DNA of 64,000 bases from an uncultured Gammaproteobacteria bacterium (GTDB lineage: Bacteria; Patescibacteriota; Patescibacteriia; UBA1558; 2-01-FULL-52-15), in contig CAYOCJ010000002.1 of NCBI GenBank assembly GCA_964402565.1, forward strand, positions 391,340 to 455,339, read 5' to 3'. This document shows positions 57,794 through 64,000 of the stretch, piece after piece (the first letter of the stretch is position 1; each line of letters opens with the position of its first letter). The notes beneath the pieces were generated by a model that saw nothing but the letters and a program-made list of their open reading frames with translations, was not told where the DNA came from and ran no database searches. A program made the translations under genes and the position numbers.

Positions 57794-58189
57794 ATGATTA
57801 CAGATCCAATCGCAGACATGCTTACCCGTATACGGAATGCCTCAGCAGCAAAAAAGCCTGAGGTGGTCTTGCCATACTCGCGTTTGAAGCATGCGATTGC
57901 AGATGTATTGGTCGGCGAGAACTATCTGTCGAAAGTCGAGAAGATCGAGACCACATCGGTTCCGCAGCTTCGACTGGTTTTGAAATATCGCAGTAACGGC
58001 AAGCCGTATATCAAGCACATCAAGCGCTTAAGCGTACCGAGCCGCCGTATCTATGTAACGAAAGATTCGCTCCCGCGCGTTTTGAACGGTTATGGCATTG
58101 CGCTTATTTCAAGCTCACAGGGTATTATGACCAATAAGCAGGCCCGCAAAACGCATACCGGCGGCGAGCTGCTCTTAGAAGTTTGGTAA
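57794..58189 (+). CDS. rpsH: 30S ribosomal protein S8
   Basis: MITDPIADMLTRIRNA. Confidence 0.95.
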   Translation: MITDPIADMLTRIRNASAAKKPEVVLPYSRLKHAIADVLVGENYLSKVEKIETTSVPQLRLVLKYRSNGKPYIKHIKRLSVPSRRIYVTKDSLPRVLNGYGIALISSSQGIMTNKQARKTHTGGELLLEVW

Positions 58190-58190
58190 T

Positions 58191-58745
58191 TTGAATTGTA
58201 TGTCCAGAATTGGAAAAAAAATTATTACTATCCCAGCAGGCGTTACCGTTACGCAGAATGACGCAGAGATTACCGTGAAAGGACCGAAGGGATCATTGAC
58301 CCATCGGCTCGTGCCGGAGGTGCTTGTGGTGGTAGAGGGCGATACTATGCGCGTTGATTTGCGCGACCCGAACGTAAAAGGAGTTTCTGCGCTTTGGGGA
58401 TTGACCAGGGCTTTGGTCAATAATATGGTCGTTGGCGTCACCACCGGTTTCAGCAAAGGCTTGGAAATCAACGGCGTCGGATTCAAAGTTGCATTGCAGG
58501 GAAGAAAGCTGGTATTGAATGTAGGTTTTTCTCACCCCGTAGAATACATGCTTCCTGAAGGAATCGATGCTGCAGTCGAAAAGAACGTTATCACCATCAG
58601 CGGCCGGGACAGGCAGCTGGTCGGACAGGTAGCAGCAGAGATCAGAGATATCAAAAAGCCAGAACCATACAAAGGAAAAGGCATTAAATACACTGATGAG
58701 GTTATTCGACGCAAAGTCGGTAAAGTTATGAAGTCAGCAGCTTAA
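58191..58745 (+). CDS. rplF: 50S ribosomal protein L6
   Basis: MSRIGKKIITIPAGVTV. Confidence 0.94.
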   Translation: MNCMSRIGKKIITIPAGVTVTQNDAEITVKGPKGSLTHRLVPEVLVVVEGDTMRVDLRDPNVKGVSALWGLTRALVNNMVVGVTTGFSKGLEINGVGFKVALQGRKLVLNVGFSHPVEYMLPEGIDAAVEKNVITISGRDRQLVGQVAAEIRDIKKPEPYKGKGIKYTDEVIRRKVGKVMKSAA

Positions 58746-58749
58746 TGTT

Positions 58750-59112
58750 ATGAAAAATCGAAACAAGGTAAAACGAGCAGCAGATAAAGCACGAGCGAAA
58801 CGGGTTCGCCGCGGTTTAGTAGTGACGCAAGATCGTCCCCGCTTGTCCATCATGCGAAGTTTGAAGCATATCGGCGGGCAGATCATAACAACTGAAGGCA
58901 AAGTCCTGGCCGCTGTATCTGATACGCATGTTTCCGACATCAAGAAATTAAAAGGTGGCATGGCCAAAGCGAAAGCGACGGGAGCATTGCTTGCTGAGAA
59001 AGCACTGGCAAAAAAAGTTACGCATGTTGTTTTTGATAAAGGTTCCTATACCTATCATGGTCGTGTGAAAGCATTTGCTGATGCGGCCCGCGAAGCAGGA
59101 TTATCATTTTAA
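58750..59112 (+). CDS. rplR: 50S ribosomal protein L18
   Basis: Position and conserved L18 sequence. Confidence 0.9.
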   Translation: MKNRNKVKRAADKARAKRVRRGLVVTQDRPRLSIMRSLKHIGGQIITTEGKVLAAVSDTHVSDIKKLKGGMAKAKATGALLAEKALAKKVTHVVFDKGSYTYHGRVKAFADAAREAGLSF

Positions 59113-59117
59113 ATTGT

Positions 59118-59705
59118 ATGACTGACGAAAAGAAACCACCAGTAAAAGGAACACCAGCAGACCCAAGGAATGCTGATCGGCCGCGCGCGCGCGGAGGATT
59201 CGCACGCCGCAGAGCGCAGTCGCCGCGTGAGCAAGATGAGTTCGATCAACGCATGATCGATTTGGCGCGCGTCACGCGCGTCATGGCAGGCGGCAAGCGC
59301 ATGCGTTTCCGTGCCTGTATGGTCATTGGTGACCGCAAAGGACGCATTGGCTGGGGCGTCGCGAAAGGCGCTGATGTTTCTATGGCCATCCAGAAGGCTG
59401 TAGCTCAGGCAAAGAAGAATATGATGACCGTCAGCATTGTTGACGGCACGATCCCACATGAGGTGCGCGTGAAATTTAAAGCAGCGCGCCTGCTCCTGAA
59501 GCCTGCGAAGAGCGGCAAAGGTCTTATTGCTGGCGGCGTGGTTCGCACCGTGTTAGAATTAGCTGGCGTCAAGAATATTATTTCAAAGATGCTCGGCTCA
59601 AAGAATAAAGTGAATAATGTTGCCGCAGTATTCAAAGCTCTCGGAAGCCTGAGACGAGTCGAACCGAATAAGCCGAAGACAGAACAGGCAGAAGCAAAAA
59701 AATAA
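59118..59705 (+). CDS. rpsE: 30S ribosomal protein S5
   Basis: S5 dsRBD and C-terminal domain; basic N-terminal extension. Confidence 0.93.
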   Translation: MTDEKKPPVKGTPADPRNADRPRARGGFARRRAQSPREQDEFDQRMIDLARVTRVMAGGKRMRFRACMVIGDRKGRIGWGVAKGADVSMAIQKAVAQAKKNMMTVSIVDGTIPHEVRVKFKAARLLLKPAKSGKGLIAGGVVRTVLELAGVKNIISKMLGSKNKVNNVAAVFKALGSLRRVEPNKPKTEQAEAKK

Positions 59706-59708
59706 GTT

Positions 59709-60203
59709 ATGCAAGGACTACATACATTACATCCAGCAAAAGGCTCGCAACAGCGCAAGAAGCGCTTAGGCCGCGGCAATGGTTCAGGCATTGGCAGCTA
59801 TTCTGGCAAAGGGATCAAGGGACAGAAAGCCCGTTCGGGAAATAAAGGTTTGACCGCACGCAGCATGCGTCCGTATTTGCTTCGCATTCCGAAGGTGCGC
59901 GGATTCAAACCGGATTCATCTGGCTATACGCCGGTCGGTCTTACGGATCTGCAAAAGCATTTCAATTCTGGCGAGGCGGTAACGCCAAAGACATTGCGAT
60001 TGAAGGGCATCATTACCGGTTCATCAGCTCGCGTGAAAATACTCTCGACGGGAATGCTTGAAAAAAAGCTCAACGTTGTAGCACATGCATTTTCATCAGG
60101 CGCGAAAGCTGCCATCGAAAAAGCCGGAGGATCCGCTGAGATCCTCGGCAGTTCGAGAAAACCTGCTCCGGTGAAAAAGACGATGGAGCCGAAGGCTGAA
60201 TAA
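59709..60203 (+). CDS. rplO: 50S ribosomal protein L15
   Basis: Follows rpsE directly with a 3-nt gap (no rpmD/L30 in between); GRGNGSGIG / GKGIKGQKARSG. Confidence 0.92.
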   Translation: MQGLHTLHPAKGSQQRKKRLGRGNGSGIGSYSGKGIKGQKARSGNKGLTARSMRPYLLRIPKVRGFKPDSSGYTPVGLTDLQKHFNSGEAVTPKTLRLKGIITGSSARVKILSTGMLEKKLNVVAHAFSSGAKAAIEKAGGSAEILGSSRKPAPVKKTMEPKAE

Positions 60204-60214
60204 TATTCATTCAC

Positions 60215-61492
60215 ATGTTTGATAAAATAGTTCAGATATGGAGAGCGCGAGACGTTCGTAAGCGTCTGTTTTTCGTTATCGCCCTCATGGTCGTCTACCG
60301 CATAGCAGCGCATATCCCGCTGCCGGGCATCAATGCATCACAGTTGCGAAGTTTTTTTGATCAGGATCAGCTGTTCGGACTTCTGAACTTGTTTTCTGGC
60401 GGAGGCTTGAAAAGCTTTTCGATCGTCATGATGGGCGTGGGGCCGTATATCACCTCATCCATTATTTTCCAGCTCCTGACGATGATCATCCCGAAAATGG
60501 AAGCGATGCAGAAAGAGGGAGAAGCGGGGCAGCAGCGGATCAATCAATGGACCAGAATTGCGACCGTGCCGCTCGGCATGATCCAGTCATACGGATTCAT
60601 TGCTTTGTTGCAACAGCAATCAAAGGTTGATTTGATCAGCCATTTGAATATTTTCCAGCTTTTCGCCGCAATGCTGGTCGCCACTACGGGCACTGTTTTC
60701 CTTATGTGGCTCGGCGAGCTCATCACTGAGAAGAAGGTCGGCAATGGAACATCATTGATCATTTTTGCCGGTATCGTTGCAAATTTGCCAAGCTCAGTAC
60801 GGAATACTCTCGCAGTCTATGACTCGAGCCAGCTCGTCAGTATCGTTGCATTCATCGCGATAGCCATCGTCACCATTCTTGCTATCGTGTACATCACCGA
60901 AGGCCAGCGCAATATTCCTATTTCATATGCGCGCCAGGTCTATGGCGGCAGCGCTTCTGGCGGCGTCAATACCCATTTGCCTCTGCGTGTGAACCAGGCG
61001 GGCGTTATTCCCATCATCTTCGGAATATCAGTGGTGCTATTTCCGCCGATGATCGCGCGTTTTTTCCTCACTGCGCCGACCCCGTGGATAGCGAATGCAG
61101 CTGACTTTGTCGTCACCTTATTCCAGAATCAGCTCTTTTATGGAGCTATTTATTTCCTGATGGTCTTTATTTTCACCTATTTCTATACTTCCGTCGTTTT
61201 CAAACCGGAGCAGATCGCAGAAAATATCCAGAAGCAAGGCGGATTTATTCCAGGCATTCGGCCGGGGAAGCACACTGAGGATTATTTACGAGCTACGATG
61301 AATAAAGTGATCCTTGCAGGAGCTGTTTTCCTTGGTATCATTGCCGTCATGCCTATCGTTGTACAGTATTTCACCGGTGTAGCGACCTTAGCGATCGGCG
61401 GCACGAGTTTGCTCATCGTCGTTGCGGTCGTTATAGAATCCGTCAAACAAATTGACTCGCAGCTGGTCATGCGGGATTATGAAGGCTTTTAA
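60215..61492 (+). CDS. secY: Preprotein translocase subunit SecY
   Basis: 10-TM protein with conserved SecY blocks. Confidence 0.95.
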   Translation: MFDKIVQIWRARDVRKRLFFVIALMVVYRIAAHIPLPGINASQLRSFFDQDQLFGLLNLFSGGGLKSFSIVMMGVGPYITSSIIFQLLTMIIPKMEAMQKEGEAGQQRINQWTRIATVPLGMIQSYGFIALLQQQSKVDLISHLNIFQLFAAMLVATTGTVFLMWLGELITEKKVGNGTSLIIFAGIVANLPSSVRNTLAVYDSSQLVSIVAFIAIAIVTILAIVYITEGQRNIPISYARQVYGGSASGGVNTHLPLRVNQAGVIPIIFGISVVLFPPMIARFFLTAPTPWIANAADFVVTLFQNQLFYGAIYFLMVFIFTYFYTSVVFKPEQIAENIQKQGGFIPGIRPGKHTEDYLRATMNKVILAGAVFLGIIAVMPIVVQYFTGVATLAIGGTSLLIVVAVVIESVKQIDSQLVMRDYEGF

Positions 61493-61592
61493 TGAATAGC
61501 TGGAATACGATTTTTCAACCTTACTCCGATATCCAGCCGACCGTTCGACTGGATATTTTGTGTTTTGCTGGTAATAAGCTACAATATATTTT

Positions 61593-62240
61593 ATGAGCGC
61601 ACCTATTGTATTCGTTTTTATAGGCCCGCAAGGTTCAGGTAAAGGCACGCAAGCTTCCATACTTGCTGATAAGTACGAATTTAAGATAATCGAAATGGGC
61701 AACCTGCTCAGGACTGAGGCTGCTCAAGAATCCGACCTGGGCCGCAGGGTGCGTGAAGTCATTAACCATGGAGATCTGGTGCCGACTGAATTGACCATGA
61801 ATTTGATACAAGACGAGCTGCAGCGGCATCCCCACCAGCAGAGAATTATTTTTGATGGTTTCCCGCGTAGTCTTGATCAGGCGCAGGAGTTGACGAAGGT
61901 CATTGAGGTTACCAAGGCGGTGCATATTGATCTGCCCTATGATGTTTCAGTGAAGCGTATTTCAGGGCGCTTGTTATGCGATCACGGACATTACTACAAT
62001 ACGTATTTCTTGCCGCCTGAAAAAGAAGGCATTTGCAATGTTGATCATACACCCCTGCATAAACGCGACGACGATACCGAAGAAGCGGTGAAGCATCGTC
62101 TCGAACTGTATGGCAGCGTCACGGTGAAAGTTCTTGAATACTACCGCGGCTTAGGCAAACTAGTAACGGTCAACGGAGACAAATCGGTGTTCGAAGTGTC
62201 GCATGAAATTAAAGAACAGGTGCTGAAAGGCCTGGTATGA
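61593..62240 (+). CDS. adk: Adenylate kinase
   Basis: P-loop FIGPQGSGKGTQA; LID region with Cys/His (CDHGHYYN). Confidence 0.92.
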   Translation: MSAPIVFVFIGPQGSGKGTQASILADKYEFKIIEMGNLLRTEAAQESDLGRRVREVINHGDLVPTELTMNLIQDELQRHPHQQRIIFDGFPRSLDQAQELTKVIEVTKAVHIDLPYDVSVKRISGRLLCDHGHYYNTYFLPPEKEGICNVDHTPLHKRDDDTEEAVKHRLELYGSVTVKVLEYYRGLGKLVTVNGDKSVFEVSHEIKEQVLKGLV

Positions 62241-62983
62241 TCGCGACGAAGAAAGAAGACATAGACAACCTCATCGAGGCTGGTCATTTGCTGCACAGCA
62301 TTCTCGCAAAGATCGTAGCCAAGGTTAAGCCCGGCGTTACGGGCGTCGAATTAAATGCTTTTGCTGAAGCGCTTATCAAAGAATGCGGCGCAACGCCTGC
62401 ATTCAAAGGCTATGGCCATCCGCCATATCCTGCAGCACTGTGCGTTTCGGTCAATCAATGCGTGGTGCACGGTATTCCAGATGCCAAGCCTTTGCAGAAT
62501 GGCGATATCGTCGGACTCGATATCGGTCTCGTGTATAAAGGCATCTATACTGATATGGCGCGAACTGTTGCCGTCGGCAAAGTCACGAAACGGGAGCAGG
62601 ATCTGATGAATACAGCTCGTGAAGCACTGGACGAAGCTCTCGAAATGATCCGGCCGGGCATCACTACTGGTGATATTGGTTTTGCGGTACAATCGTATGT
62701 AGAGAAGCGGGGTTTTGGGGTCGTGCGCGACCTTGCCGGCCATGGCGTTGGTAAGGATTTGCATGAGGATCCTGAAATTCCGAATTTCGGCATTAAAGGA
62801 AAAGGCGAAAAACTTGTGGAAGGAATGGTCCTGGCACTTGAACCTATGATAACGCTGGGGGACTGGGAAGTTGTCGTTGCTGACGATCAATGGAGCATAC
62901 TGACTGCTGACGGTTCAAAATCAGCTCACAGCGAAGACATGGTTTTGGTGACAAAAAACAGGCATATCGTCCTCACGGCATAA
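62237..62983 (+). CDS. map: Methionine aminopeptidase type I
   Basis: Metal-ligand blocks (VVHGIP, DIVGLDIG, AGHGVGKDLHE, LALEPM). Confidence 0.92.
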   Translation: MIATKKEDIDNLIEAGHLLHSILAKIVAKVKPGVTGVELNAFAEALIKECGATPAFKGYGHPPYPAALCVSVNQCVVHGIPDAKPLQNGDIVGLDIGLVYKGIYTDMARTVAVGKVTKREQDLMNTAREALDEALEMIRPGITTGDIGFAVQSYVEKRGFGVVRDLAGHGVGKDLHEDPEIPNFGIKGKGEKLVEGMVLALEPMITLGDWEVVVADDQWSILTADGSKSAHSEDMVLVTKNRHIVLTA

Positions 62984-62996
62984 CGCGAACGTATCT

Positions 62997-63386
62997 ATGA
63001 AGTATCTTGGCATCGATTTTGGAGAAAGTTATATTGGCCTCGCTATTGCAGACGAAAGAAAATTGGCCGTACCGGTGAAAGTGGTGCCATTCGATTCTGC
63101 GTTTTGGAAATTCGTGCAGAACTTTGTTGCGAAAGAAGGCGTTGCAGAAATTGTCATCGGCTGGCCTATCAGCATGGCAGGCGGGGAGAATCATCGTACG
63201 AAACGGACCGAGGGATTCATAGAAGAACTCGAAGAACATATTGCATTGCCCATCCATCGCGAGGACGAGCGCTTGTCATCTGCTGTGTCGCAGCGGAAAG
63301 GTGTCAAAGGCCGCGATGATGCTGCAGCCGCAGCAGAAATACTACAAACGTATTTAGACCGCAATGTTGCTTCCGCTACAGCTTAG
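62997..63386 (+). CDS. ruvX: Holliday-junction-resolvase-like putative pre-16S rRNA nuclease RuvX/YqgF
   Basis: MKYLGIDFGESYIGLAIADE ... IVIGWPISMAGGE. Confidence 0.85.
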   Translation: MKYLGIDFGESYIGLAIADERKLAVPVKVVPFDSAFWKFVQNFVAKEGVAEIVIGWPISMAGGENHRTKRTEGFIEELEEHIALPIHREDERLSSAVSQRKGVKGRDDAAAAAEILQTYLDRNVASATA

Positions 63387-64000
63387 TTTTATTTTCGGTT
63401 TTGCAACGCTGATAAGTTTTTTGCTTACCTTTGTTGTACGCGCTGTCGCGCGTGCTGCATCCATCGTCGATGTTCCGAATACTGACCGCAAGATACACCA
63501 CACGCCCATCCCGCTCATGGGCGGGCTTGCTCTCTATCTCACCGTTGCGTTGTGCATTGTACTGCTCCTGAGCTGGGGCTGGTTAAATGATACACGCGTG
63601 CCACTGCAATTGCTCGTCGGTCTGATCACGGCAGGCGGTTTCATTATGCTCGGCGGCATCCTCGATGATAAATATTCACTTTCATGGAGCGTGCAGACCT
63701 TATTTCCGCTCATAGCTTCAGTTATCATTTTGATCGCGGGTTTGCGCATCGGCTATGTAACGAATCCATTTGGCGGAGGGTTGGTCTATTTGAATAACGG
63801 GTGGCTCAGCGCGCTGTCCATGTTTTTTTTGATCCTATGGATGATGGGCATGATGTATACGACGAAACTTCTTGATGGCATTGATGGACTCACCACATCT
63901 GTCGGCATGGTCGGGTCGCTGGTCATTTTTGTAGTCAGTCTTTTTTGGGATCGTTCAGGTTCAACAACATCATTTTTAGCATTGGCACTTGCCGGCTCAT
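63368..64000 (+). CDS. Glycosyltransferase family 4 phospho-sugar transferase (MraY/WecA-like), 5' part; runs off the window end
   Basis: Hand translation gives an open frame to the window end with polytopic TM helices and GT4 motifs (GGILDDKYSL; TTKLLDGIDGLTT). Not in the ORF track because no stop codon is reached. Confidence 0.6.

Noticed and set aside
1-64000. CRISPR arrays, tRNA/rRNA genes, IS elements or integrases
   Set aside because: No regularly spaced direct repeats, no tRNA-like T-loop or acceptor sequences in the intergenic gaps examined, and no transposase- or integrase-like ORFs were recognised. The absence of tRNAs next to the ribosomal operons is not unusual.

Overview
The window reads as a gene-dense, standard-code bacterial chromosome segment with Candidate Phyla Radiation (Patescibacteria) hallmarks. 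TGA is used as a stop codon, an intact prfB is present, and no L30 gene sits between rpsE and rplO in an otherwise canonical S10-spc-secY ribosomal cluster. Several ribosomal proteins carry low-complexity terminal extensions. Gene order across the window: parA-parB (+), a short Rel/SpoT (-), topA-dprA (-), pth, der and an LCP-family protein (-), then lepB, hisS, rpsU and a yqeY-like gene (+). A ~20 kb same-strand surface-protein locus follows (13451-33557), made of five tandem genes. The first two genes each start with a signal peptide plus a conserved helix-loop-helix membrane hairpin that resembles conjugative VirB2/TrbC pilins. In the second gene this hairpin is fused to a 3889-aa protein built from TIG-like, Ig-like, two LamG, PKD and FN3 domains plus more than ten cysteine-rich repeats. 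The third gene (1461 aa) carries LamG, FN3 and cysteine-rich modules and ends in a Hint (Hedgehog/intein-like) autoprocessing domain. The last two genes encode membrane-anchored proteins with thrombospondin-type-3-like calcium-binding repeats; one also has a type-II-secretion pseudopilin-like motif. Downstream: ybeY, ftsA-ftsZ, nrdR, prfB, a ComEC competence channel split across two overlapping ORFs, an orphan receiver domain, ndk, rpmB (-) and an M50 protease. Then come rpsL-rpsG-fusA, a small Phd/YefM-like ORF, tuf, rpsJ and, after an unusual 285-nt structured spacer, rplC through rplO, secY, adk, map, ruvX and a partial glycosyltransferase-4 gene. No CRISPR array, tRNA, rRNA or recognisable mobile element was found. 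All calls rest on reading the translations and DNA by eye; no searches or computations were run.
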